A stretch of 64,000 bases of DNA from contig NC_088308.1 of assembly GCF_910592395.1 (NCBI RefSeq), positions 2,666,001-2,730,000 of the forward strand. Reading direction: 5' to 3'. The DNA comes from Lineus longissimus (Eukaryota). Under the pieces are notes generated by a model. The model was not told the DNA's origin, made no database searches, and worked only from the letters and a program-made list of their open reading frames with translations. A program made the position numbers and the translations under genes. Below, one piece after another: positions 1-12,603 of this stretch. The number at the start of each line of letters is the position of its first letter. Position 1 is the first letter of the stretch.

Positions 1-1216
1 GCGACCGATACTCGCGCGAGAGCCGTGGCTTCGCGTTCATTAGGTGAGCTTGGAATGTTAGATGGTCTACTTCTCTCAAAACAAATAGAATGTAGGTCTG
101 GGCTCGATTGCAGAGGCCCTCAGTACACCAGGCGGAGGAAGCCACTGCTGGACCCAACAACTTAACAAAAGCAGCAAACCCAAAGACTGCATGGTCGCAC
201 ACATGGCTGCTGGCACATGGCACATGTTCTTTTGTTCATTGTCAATGCGTGCCTTGTGCCTATTTAGGTTTGTTTGGGCCTGCAGACCGCAGTGGCTTTT
301 CCCGCCTGGTGTAAAAGGGTCTATAGGCATATGACTTCATTCCACCATCCATTTTTTTAAAAACAACTAGGCCCTCTTTTTTTGCCTATAATAATCACAA
401 AAGCTATCTTTTCACTATTTCAGGTTCACCCAAAGAAAGCACGCTGAAAGAGCGATTCACAGCCTTGATGGTACAAAGTTAGATGGCCGAAAGATAACTG
501 TCCAGCTTGCCAAATATGGTCGTCCACAAGAGCCATACCGTCGACCACGAGGTGGACGTTATGGAGGTGGTGGAGGCGGTGGAAGAAGAGATGGTGGTCG
601 TTATGGTGGAAGGTAAACCATCTTATCCCAAGACTGAAGTGATACAATCCGGTTACCTAGTAATGTTTTTTGGCAAAGGTTTAACAGTTGAATGTGACCA
701 AAGTACGTCATTATCCGATAGGGGATTATCAACCTTAACCCAATGTTGCACTGCTTTCAAAGAGGGACCCATGATACATTGGATATGAGCAACTTGGCTG
801 ACTAACACTCAGAAAGTAAAATATGTGGCAGCTCGCCTCTTTCTTTGGTGGCTAAAGAATTTTATTGGTTGTATTGATTTCTTTATTGCCTGGGCTTTTA
901 CATTTTAGTTTCAACTTTGTTCAAGCACTAAACAAAATTTTCTTTCAGTAGGTACAGCAGATCCAGGTCCAGATCTCCAGTGTATCGCCGTGACAGGTAT
1001 GACAGGTCAAGGAGCAGGTCGCCATACGCCAGCCGCATGAGAGGCAGGTCAAGGAGTCGTAGCTCCTCTATCAGCGAAAGGATGCCACGAAACAATGTAC
1101 AGCTGTCGAGGTCCAGGTCAAGGTCTTTAGAGCGACATCATCATCACCATTCAAGGTCAAGGTCGATTGAGCGACCTCATCGTCATTCAAGGTCAAGGTC
1201 AAGGAGCAACTCCTAG
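1..1216 (+). CDS. SRSF2: SR splicing factor SRSF2/SC35-like (5' end outside window)
   Basis: Exons <1-43, 424-612 and 949(or 952)-1216 join in frame: RDRYSRESRGFAFIR|FTQRKHAERAIHSLDGTKLDGRKITVQLAKYGRP, matching the SC35 RRM end (RDRYTKESRGFAFVRF...QMARYGRP), followed by a Gly linker and an RS domain ending at TAG 1214-1216. Confidence 0.85.
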
Positions 1217-4200
1217 GAAGATGGTTCATTCAACTTGTGATAGGATGGATGTTCGGACTGTGAAGATATGCTAGTGGCAGCATCATAACATACACATGAC
1301 CAGTTCCACGATGGTAAGGTTTTTGAAATTCTGAGAACTTAGAGCATGAAGTTAAAGACTGGTTGAGCATTTTAAACACTCTTCATAGAGAGTCTGTGAA
1401 GTATCATTTGCCTGTGTAAATATATATCTTGCTTTAATCTGGAGTTGTATTATGCTATTGGAATATATGGATGCATTCGGTTGTTATCATAACCTTTGTC
1501 AAAATAAAACATAAGACGCGTTCAGCAGTTGAAACGCTTCTTATTGACCAGTGAAAAGTTCCGTCTTCTGTGTCTAAAGACTCTGTTATTGCCACAACTT
1601 GGGGGTCTCTACCCTGTTCCATTGTGAAAAATTGTTAATTTGGATATTGTGCCATGTTCTGTCGTCATTGTATAACACTTGCATGCCTCGTTCAGTGAAT
1701 CATTCAACACGAAAGCTCTGCAGCTGGCACCTCGAGGTTCTGTTGTCTTTGAAATCAACATGCAAATACTAACTTCCATTGATGCTTTGTTTCAAATTGA
1801 TGAATAGAACTTGAATATTTTTTTATACTGTTTGATTTACGAATTCCCAAATATTTCGCTGCAGCCGATTTATATTTTGAAACATTACTGAATTTTTGGC
1901 CCATGTAGATGATTTTATTGTTGAAGTATGCTTTAAGTGAAGCTCATGTGCATGCATTATAAGATTTATTCATCATATTCCTGCAGTTCTTGTCAAAACA
2001 ATTTGACTTTGTCTCAAAGTCTTCCTGGTATTTTGTTCTAAAACTGTTGGTGATCAGTGAATGCGTACGTAAACTGCAAGGAAAACAACTTCTGATGATA
2101 TCCAAAAATATTTTTAATTGTTACTGAAGTCTGTTCTGCTGAGTACAGTTTTAAATGTGCATGATTTGTTGTCCAACAGTTGTGAAGGCAAATTGCTCTG
2201 AAAAGATACAAAGACATTTTCAGGATAGCTGGAAATCAGCTTTTGGTTAGTTATTTTCATGACTATTTGTAGTATTGCATTTTGATCCTTCTTCTTCAAA
2301 GAATTTTATCTATTTTTTGTAGCACTTAGAAAGTGTTGTCACGGATAATATGTTACTTCAGAGGAATATGCCTTAACAAAAAAGCTTTGTGTGTAGCTTT
2401 AGTTCTGTAGCTGCTGAATAAATGCCTGGTTTGGTAGTCCTTCACTCTTGGTAGAATGAGAATAGTGCCTCCATCTTAAAAACCTTTTTTCTTCCTTGAC
2501 AAAAGGTTATCGTTGTTTCAACCGATTTCAAATGGCTATAAATGTAGTATTTCATTAAGAGCAATACCTAAGCCCATTTAGAAAACCGACTTGGTAAATT
2601 AATAATTTGATAGATTGGTAAATTCACTTGGTACATACTGAATTTGTCAGGATTATTTGATTTCTGGGTTCAAAAGCCTATCGGCCATCAAACTCAATTT
2701 TGCAGGAGTCACAAGTTGACAGCCCTGGCATGTTCATCCAGCAAGCGATTCTCATTCTAACCATCTACCATTCTCATGCATGAAAAAAATCAATCAATAA
2801 ATTTCATTAACCAGTTTTCTTTTTCCTGTGTCATATAGGAGCAGTAAGGTGTTGTGCTGAAATAAATGCAGTGCAGTGCAGGGTTGGAGCAGTAAGCAGT
2901 ACGGTCTGGAGCGGTCCAGATGAGAGAGAGTGGGTGCATGCTGTTTTGCTGTTACCATGGTTACTTGCGGCTGCTGCTGTTGGTACGGGACCCGGGATTA
3001 GCTGATTCTTGATCGGTGCGGGAGCTGGGATTGGCCGATTCTGATATCCTGGTGTATTTACCAAAACACACACGAGTTGCTGCGCTTCTCTTCGTGAAGG
3101 ATGCTGGGGGCTGTTTCATTTCAATTAGATAAGAAAGCTGTTTGAAAAGACTTGTCCTGTTGATTCTGCTGCTCACGTCATGGCTTAGCTGTTGACATCT
3201 TCACTTAAGGAGGAGCTGATAATGGGAGGCGCACACCTGTTTGTCTTGGTAATTTGATTCATCCAGTTTCAAAGTCTCAAAGGGAAAAACGTGGCACTCG
3301 CACATCAGATAGGGGGGTGATATTCAATGATATGTTTTGGTATCAATCAGTAGCCTGACCTGCATTTTTCAAGCTAAACAGATAGTCTGTGTGACGAATT
3401 CAGGTCAATCAGACTGAAGTAGTGGCCTTGATTGAGGCAGAAGTTAACAACTTTTTAATCTAGATTTAACCCACTGAACACTTGTCTTTGACCATTTGGC
3501 CAGTTATTTTTTATTTTTGCTGAAAGGCTGACATTTCATTCCCATTTAAAGTGTGCCCTTTTTCAACAAACTAACAAACGTGCCCTTTTTTGGCAAAAAG
3601 TGCTATGCCCTTTTAAAAGAGAACTTGATGCCCGACTTAATTTAAGACATGCATTCAATTCTTTTGTCAAAAGGAAACACGAGATTGCAGCCCTGAACAG
3701 TTTTATCAGACTGGCACAGGGAAATATTAAAATGCTTATTGTATATGTTTGATTGCTCTCTGAATTAGTAAAGGATTCCTCGCTCTTCTTAACTGCCAAG
3801 GTGGAAACAGTATTTTTGAAAGTCCATCCAAATATATCATAGCATTGACATTCTTCGATCACTGAGGAAAAGGCTGTTTTAACTCGCATTTGGTGTATTT
3901 AGGTAGTTCAAGTTGTGTTAAAAGTATACCTGTGTTTAAGAATACTTAATGAAAAAACTGATATGTGTGTGAGAATACTTGATGAAAAAAACTGATATGA
4001 AGAAAGGCTTCATGACAAAGTTGCATCACTCACGAATTGTCAGTGGAACATTCATAATTTTACTCTCTTGGCATTTTGAAAGGAGGTCTTGGCTGGCTTA
4101 TTTTCGTGTATTGTCTTTGATAATAATGTTCACTTTGGGTCCAGGCATCAGTAAATTCCTGCAGGCATTGTGCTTGCACGGATGGTAGTAAAAAGTTTTT

Positions 4201-4933
4201 ATCGAAGATAATGAATCGAGATAGACTTGGCTGAACACCACCGTCTGTGAATTCAACAAGTTTCTCACATTATTTCATTGTATATATTCATATTCATTGT
4301 ATTTTTTTTAAAGGGGGAAAGAATGAATGGGAACGTGGTGAGATATGTACGTGTATGTTTCAAAATAAAATAGATGTCGTTATATACTGAATATCTGCCT
4401 TGGTCCTCTTTTATTTCCGGCCGATGTGGATGGCCACTCGAATCTGCTGAGATGCAAGTCTTGCATCTATCTGAGTATGATGTTCATCTGGATGAGACTG
4501 CCGAGATCAAAAACGATACATGATTATATATCTTGTATCCAACCTGCCTTTCAAAATCTAGGGTGGTTGTGAAGTCCTAAACACTCCCCTATCGAGAGCA
4601 TGAGCCTGTGTCCCATGGCATTTTAATATGGGATGCAGTTGAGTCTATGGCCCTTGAGACAAAGAGGACCTGTTAAAGTTGCCTTTGTTCATTTGAAAAA
4701 TGCCAGAGAGGCTAGCTCTTACTTAATTCTGGATCATGGTTAAGAATATCGCATCCGGATATACTGCAATGGACGACCTACAGATAAAGGTTTTAGGACA
4801 TATTCGATTAAGACAGTAAGTACCTGGCAGACAGCCCAAAAAGTATGAGGAAAGTGAATAAATGATGTACTCGAAGTAGTCTTGTACGTGTTAGTATCTG
4901 CTTTTGTATGTGTCTGTCAATATTAAACTTTAA

Positions 4934-5446
4934 CACCTTCAGCGCCGTATCATGTAGATCGACGTGGCCCAAATCCCCCCCTCTTTCAGCTGGTTATCGG
5001 AGTCTCATGGACTTCAAGAAAGAACTACGCCATCGCCATCTTCAGGGCAAGGTAGAAACTGTATTTTCAGTTCCTACCATACCCTGAAGATGGCGATGGC
5101 ATAGTTCAGAACTTTAACAAGACCTACGCCATCGCCATCTTCAGGGCAAGGTTGGAACTGAAAAGACCAAACCGCTGAATAACAAAATAAAGCTATTCCG
5201 ACACCGGGAATTTTTAGGGGGGTCGGGGTTGTTGGAAAAGATGGTCATTTTGGTCATATTTGGTAATTTTTCGACCAAAAAAAAAAGTATATTAAAGGAG
5301 TGTAGCTAACATAACTCGATTGATTCAAGAAGACCTTGTCTTGGAGAAGTTACTGCAAAAGACCTTATGCAACCATCTCTTATACTTTTTTTTCTGGGGG
5401 TCTGAAAAGGGGGATGTTGGGGGGTGAAACACCGGCGCTGAAGGTG
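4934..5446. mobile_element. Non-autonomous piggyBac-like MITE (TTAA TSD)
   Basis: TTAA at 4930-4933 and 5447-5450 flank a perfect 14-bp TIR, CACCTTCAGCGCCG...CGGCGCTGAAGGTG. Internal ~35-bp units (ctacgccatcgccatcttcagggc...) occur in direct and inverted orientation at ~5024-5160. Confidence 0.85.
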
Positions 5447-6805
5447 TTAATAGCAAAACAGAGGTCATCTTATATCTCTCCAATACTCATGAAATGGAGT
5501 GATACAAGTATAAATGGAATGATTGTCATGGGAATAGGTATTTGACCAATCATCAGCCCTTCTGCTGGTTGTGACTTTGTCCTCATAAGACTGATTTGGG
5601 ATAAATGCACTTTATTGAAATCAAACACTGCCACAGAATTTCCCCTGTGCAATATTATCAGAATGATGACCTGTTATGTGTTTCCATCACAACATGGATC
5701 ATATTGGGATCAACTACTCCTTTTATCAAAGGATGTAGGGGGGGTCATTTTCAGAGCCCACAAAATAGGCTTTATTGGAGTGAATATTTTCATGTTGGAA
5801 AAGAACAATTTGTCCAAGTAACAGCAAGATTTGAGCAGGTTTTGCAACATTAAACCTTGGCAGCTTATGGCCATCTTTCCAACAGGACATCACAACCAGA
5901 GAAGATCCAATGGGTTGTGGCCATAATTCATTCAGAAGATGACCATCAGGCTCTGTTCCAAGAGGCCCTGTCCATTGCGGCCAGAATTCGTTTTAAGTCA
6001 TAGTTACATGGACACCAAACATGTAATTGCAAACGAGGGGAAGTGGACTTTGTTGATAGTGGCCGTCCTCGGAACATTATTACAATTGGGTGGTGACAAG
6101 GGCCTGGTTCCTCCTAGTGATTGTCACAACCAGGCAATACAAGGACAGACACCCTGTTCATCATGGCCATCATTCCTCCAGATGGAACAGTAGGGTGGCC
6201 TGGTGTACCATTTGTTGAGAGTACGTCGCATTCAAAGGAAACAGATTGTGCTAAATGATGCTTTGTCAGCAGTTGTCAAGGAAGAAAGTCACAAATGGGA
6301 AGACAGTGACCCTTGTTCATGGTGGCCATCTTTCCCTGAAAAAAACCCACACAATCGCGAAAGGCCCAGCTCCTAGTGGTCATCATTCCTCTGGAATGTT
6401 CCAACTAGTCGCTATCAATGTAGGCACAAACAGAAAATGATGCTGACCTACTGTTTCAAATAGTCACTACTTCCATCGTCATAAATCAGCAGCAAAATAC
6501 AATAAAAAAGGCTTTTATGTAATATACTTTATTAGTACGTACAAATAAAATGAATGCCAGCATTCCGTAGCAAATTATATAACATATTACATGTATCATC
6601 CATTCACACAAATCCAACTGATGCCAAGTTTTTGAAGAGGCTCAGCTGGGGTCAATTAAGGGAAGAGATGGTTCCAGCATCTCGACAATCTTGTATTGAA
6701 TTCCTCCTTGCTGTCTTTGTAACACCATGCATATTGGTCAGGAAGTTCAGAATGTAGTTCCATCGACAGAAGGCTTATGGAACCACCAAGATAAGTGCTA
6801 GCGAC

Positions 6806-9800
6806 CTAGTCATCAGAATCCTCGTTGGATAGTGTATCCTTCACCATGGCTGGGAAATATCTGCCTGATGAACACAGCATGGCATAGCTGGACCGATACG
6901 CTTCGTTGAAGCAACTGAAAGACAAATTAAAATGATTTGCACTGAAGAGGCCCAAAGAATTTTTTGCATCGGTGAGCTATTAACAAATCGTTCACCTGCA
7001 GGTAAATCCGATCCTTGTCTGGTTTAGTATTCTTCATAGGTCGCAGCAGTGACCAGGTATTTAGGCACCTGTGATGACCCCGCAGACCAGAGACTTTTGT
7101 CTCATGTCATTGATTAGAATTCTGTTTACAATTGCTAAAGACAAATCAGACATCGACACCTTATGGCTATGAAGCCTCTGTTTGAAAATACCTACCTGTA
7201 CTCAGGATTGGACTCTTTCAGGTAATCAAGGAGCTCAACAGCTGTCTTGTCAGAAACAAGCTGTTCAACTTGGAGAGTATCAACATGGCCTTTCAGCAAG
7301 ACAAACTGGGTCAATTTCTTCAACGATTTGTACTGGATGAGTTCACATTGGCTTGGAGCTGAAATGAAAGAGAAGTGAGAATGAGATGCTCGAGTTATCC
7401 AATAAGCTTGGATTCAAAGGAGAAATACATCCCATGAGCGCTCCTCCTTGGTGGCATGCTTTTCTATCACAGGATAACCTAACTCCTTGTCACAACTGCC
7501 ACACAATCCTATTCCTGGGGCAAGCAAGTAAGCTGAAGTGTCCTGCACAAGGACACAGATAACTAGTGATGATACTTCTGACAGTTGAATCCAGAACCCA
7601 CCGATTATGACTACAGCTCTCCTATACCACTGATCTCCTTGCAAAAAGGAGACAATGAGACACTCAGCCATCTGGATATTACTAATGAGGCAGCCAAGTT
7701 AGATGATAAAACCTTACCTTGTTTCTTTTGGTGTACATGTAAGGCATGAAGGTCAAGATCCAGTTCTCGGTAGTTTTCTATAGAAACTGGAGAGTCATTT
7801 GAAAACAGATTTTTTGACTTTGCAACTTTCAAACCTGTCAAAGATGACCAAAATGACAGTTATCATAGGGCGGTAAAGGTAGTCTGAATCTAATATCATG
7901 GTCCCAAGGATTGGCTTTTCATCTGATATAAAGTGTTGGATCATCAGCTTGCAAGCAATGTGGAGATTCAGGCATAATGAATCAGAAAATGAGACAATAT
8001 CACCTCATGCTGTAGATGACGTCATCACCACCATGCCATGTACATGTATGAGTTTACATCAGTCAATAGCACTATATTATGTGACATCGAATGCCGAATG
8101 TTGCATAAATCTCACATACACATCAGCTGTGTTGTACAGACATAACGTCAGTTTTGTAGCCCACAATCGTATTTGCACGACACATCATCTGTACACAGGA
8201 CAGACAGTCTTGCATTTCTAAAAGGTCATTCTGATTACCTTTTTGAATGAGTTGATACTCTTCTTCCATTGAATAAAACTTGGAGAGCACATCTGCAAGG
8301 ATTATTTTTGCCTTCAAGACATCTTTTGCACATGTTTCCTCTGAAAAAGAAACACTAAATAAAACTAAAATCTTGTAAAAGTAGATTTAATTATTTGGAC
8401 CTCAAGAGACTTGAGACCATCTTTAAAATGTGTCTTTGCTTGCAAACCCATCTTTCTGACTGTATGTGTGACTCTTAGGTAACCCGAGGACATCGATAGT
8501 GCAAGCATGTTACACCAAGGGTGAGATTGACATCCATAGCCTTGGCAGGCAACAAATCTAGGAGAGACAACTCCGAAATCAACCAAGCAGTGGCAGTGAT
8601 GCTACCAGATGGCAGCCACCCCCACACTTGCTCGATGGCTGCAACCATCGCTACAGAACTCTTACAGAAATGACCATGGTCTGACTGTGTACCTGCATGC
8701 ATTTACCCAGAACCCACATTCCAGATCTTGAATAAAACACCTTACCCGATAAAGAGTCTAGTTTTGCTTCTGCCAGCAGATTGGATACCGATTTGTAATC
8801 ATTTTCCAACTCCACGACACTCCGGTGTAACTGAACATGTTTGTTTTTTGAAGACGACAAGGCCTGACAAGGGTTAAGGATTTTAAAATCAATGTTCAAT
8901 GTCTCGAAGATCTAATCACTTCATGACTTCAACAACTTGCATTCTTTTGACAGGATACCGTATTCAGAGAAAGGCAAAAATTACCACAGTGAGGTAGGTA
9001 TATGGCAGTCCGTCAGTTACCAAACGCAGGATTGTCTCTCAGTATACATGTACATGTATGCCACTGACAGTGTCATCAAAGGATACATGCTCATATCTGT
9101 TCAAAAACTTCTGTTCACAATCTGTTTTATCAACAGTTGAGGTATGACAGGCTGCTGCAAGCTTCTCTCTCAGTTTCCGATTGGTGTGAAGAAGCTTCTT
9201 GAACTTTCCTGGTAGAGAAAGTTTGCCTCTGAAAAATATTTAAAATACCAAAAGATGTTTGAAGATGTTCTTGCCTATAGTCCCCTTTTAAGTCTGCTTC
9301 AATCTACTCTACATGAGTGGTGCACTACTCCCTGAACTAGAGTTGAAAACAGCAGTGTTCTGTATGCAGGGACCATATTAGCAGATCAGAATAGCTAGAT
9401 TTCTGGCCATCTTTCAGAGATGTTTGCTCCCAGCTTCTTACTTCATTCCAGTCAGGACACACTGGAGATTTATTTCACCTCAATTCAACATCTTCTCAGA
9501 AGATGAAGTCCCAAGAAACTCATCTTCCAGAACAACTTACCCATCCTTTGGAAGCAGGAACTCTGCCTTTTCTTCAGATTTCGCACCAGGTGCTATCGTC
9601 TGCTGCACATTCTTTGGATGAGAACTTGGGAAGCCAACACCATCTCCTATCACACCTGCTTGGCGAGAATCCTTGGTTGTCAGCTCTTTTGAGTTCGAAA
9701 CAGACATGTTCTCACATTCATTGCCATGGTGAGTGTTTGTGTGAGTATTTTCAAGAGGAGGGAGTCGAGTATTGGGCACTTCTCCATTCAAATCTTTGAA

Positions 9801-11547
9801 ACAGTCTGCACTACGTTGTTCTGGCTTTGATTTAGTGACTTGTCGCTCACTAGTTTTACTTGCAGACGAACGATCAGCTGACCTGGGTCTTGATACCAAC
9901 TTTTTCTTGTGCAAATTTTGGTCAGTCTTAAATGGAGCACTACTGTGAGCTGGAACATATTTTGGTTTAGAGTCTGCAGACTTTGTCACCTTTTGTGCAT
10001 AACTGTGACGCTGACCTCCCGGATTTTTACCAGTCCTGGTCGAATCACAGACAGTCTTTACATTGTCTTTGTTTGTAGTCTTAAGAGGTCGGCCTGGATC
10101 TTTCCCTGAGGGTTGTGGCTTTGGTGGTTTTGCGACTTTATTATGAGGTCTAGCTGGTTTGTTTTCTGACAACTGGAATGAATAGCATCAGATTGTCACT
10201 TTATGAATACTGATCATCACGGTGTAAGATCAGAAAAGCTAAATACTCAACAGATCTAGAAAAGTACTCATAATATGGATGGGATGGTGTTTCTATACTC
10301 GCAACCAGTAGAAGTTAGGGAGGTGCCCTAATATTATAACTATTGGAACGACAGTTCACCTCATGAATATCGGATATATACATAATCAATGAAAGCCCAT
10401 AATCGAGGCGAATGCCAGGAGCGTATTGAAGGCTCTCTAATGTCTTTGTTGCCATGATGGTACAAGAATAAAAACACAATCGTAATCCAACTGAATTCTG
10501 AACAGCATGTTCAATGCTTTTCTATTGATTTGCAACTTTGAATATGATATGATGACCAGTGCAATTGCTGCAACCACAGGTAATACACAAATGCATACAT
10601 ACCTTTGCCTGCACGTCCCTAGCCTTTTGTGCCTTTGCCAGGAGGTTGTCCAGAAGTGCCAGGTCAGATTTCTCTTTCTCTGAAATGTCATCCTCTTCTG
10701 AAACAAAGGTAATTATCAAGTACGAATTAGGAGTACTTCACGAACGCAAGTCCAAAACATGCCAACCGGTAAGATGTGCGGATGAAACATTTGAACATGA
10801 TAGCAGGCCAAGGTAGATGGCGTTGTAAAGGCAATAACAAGGGAGCCAAATTGGTGGTCTTCACATGACTAATACGCACACTTAGAAGACTGGTCATATT
10901 CAATTTGGCCACGATATATTCCTTGTACACAAGTTATTTCCTACTGGCTTAAGGTCATACACTTACCATTGTTATTTTGGTTTGGGGGCATTTCTCCCTG
11001 GGTTTGTACTTCCCCACTCCCTTCTGATTTTTCACCAAAAGCAAATGATTTTTGTATCTTCTTTGGCCTGAAAATGAATGATAATCATTGAGTAATGGGG
11101 CTGCGCCAAAGATAAGCAGGGCCTTCAAATATTTCCTTCTTTTCTACTGGTAGGTATGTGACTCAAGCTCATGGAATTTATAGATAATGCAGTGAAAAGC
11201 ACCAGAGATATTAACAGACAGGTAGTTGGCATAGATTCCAAGAGGAAGTCTTTGAGGCGCAACAGATCTGACTTGCCTTTTTTCGCGATTCCAATAACTC
11301 CTCTAATCTAAATGAGAACAAAAACTTACCATGGTAGAAAAAGTGATCTACAATCATTGCAGACGACTTCAGTTTGCTGACGCCTCTCTTCATAGTGGTC
11401 ATACAACCAGAGGATGAGGGATACACTCCTGAAACAAGACATGCAAAAATTAAGGTATCTTGAATGAGTTTTTACCTTTGAACTTGAAGATGAATTCAGA
11501 TGTTGTCAGTTCCCAGTCACTTACAAGGAGACCTGAGCAATGAGCAT
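6806..11547 (-). CDS. TEDC2: Tubulin epsilon and delta complex protein 2-like (C16orf59), ~566 aa
   Basis: Phase-consistent exons 11547-11525 (start exon tentative), 11428-11330, 11067-10967, 10697-10603, 10172-9541, 9228-9087, 8863-8746, 8340-8239, 7834-7718, 7358-7196, 6914-6806. Motifs CRSLFLPW, DLALLDNLLAKAQKAR, FLLPKDGGKLSLPGKFKK, LIQYKSLKKL...ELL and C-terminal YRSSYAMLCSSGRYFPAMVKD parallel recalled human TEDC2 segments (CRRLLHAW; LEFLTQALEKAVRVR; CRAVHSLLCEGGARVLTILRD). Confidence 0.7.
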
Positions 11548-12603
11548 TCCTGAACTAATGAGAAATATGGAATACCACTTGCATGTACATAGCCAGTGGT
11601 AGTGAATTATCCATGCATCAATCTTAACCTTTCCCAACAGTCCACAGAACAGGCAGACAACTGGTCTACAGGGACATATGGACAACTTGGGCATCAGGTA
11701 GAGGATATGCAAAGGCAACTGGTCCTAAGTAAATGAAGACTACCCTTCCAGATTGTCTGCTTGTCCTATTCGTCTGTCCCACCCAGAACAGACCGATTTG
11801 TTTTGTGAGTCTCCGTTGGCCATTCTCAAACATGCACACTTCCATTCATTCCCGATATCTCACTAATAGTAACACAAGTAACAGATCCATCTTTCATGAT
11901 TGTGTTAATACCCAACAAGCTTCTTGCAAATGTTTTACAGAAAGCGTAATTGGGGGAGGGCTGGGAGTCATTCAAAAGACCTGGGCACGAGTTTATTCAT
12001 TTCCTTTTGCCTTGTGCCGTCTACTTCCTCAGTGCAGTGGTGTACATTGTACCAGGCATATCCTGTGTTGAAATGGACACAACATGCAACAACCACAACA
12101 TGGAAAACAAAATGATCAAGAGAAATGTTCAGAAAAATATTTTATTTCGTTCTTTAATACTTCCAAATCCATCACATACAAAGTCTTATGGAAGCATTTT
12201 TAACATAATCATACATAACCTGAAAATACTTGCATTCATAATAGCAGACATGAATAATTGAAAGCTTTCCAAAACAGAACTTTTCCCACCACTGATATGA
12301 CTTAGTTTAAGTAACCTATTTATATAGAGAATCTGCTATGGTTATGGTACACTTAACATAAATGAGGCAAGATATGGTTTCATAGTTCATCCTCCCAATT
12401 TCTATAGAAATGACACGCTTCAAATGTAATCGAATGTTCACAAACCAAACCCAGTCTTAACATCTCACAAGCATCGATTGATTTGATCTACTCTTGACTT
12501 AATAAATGCAGAAAAGAGGAAATTTAAAACACATTCAGTCATGTCAGTTACATGGACACATGGTTGAAAATATACCTTTCAAAATGGAATAGGCCTACAG
12601 TGA

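Noticed and set aside
3545..3695. hAT-like end (gtgcccttt repeats ending in tgcagccctg)
   Set aside because: Only one terminus is visible, with no matching TIR or TSD.
5860..6400. Recurrent tggccatc(t/a)ttcc words
   Set aside because: Too degenerate and irregularly spaced to define a unit; probably a decayed minisatellite.
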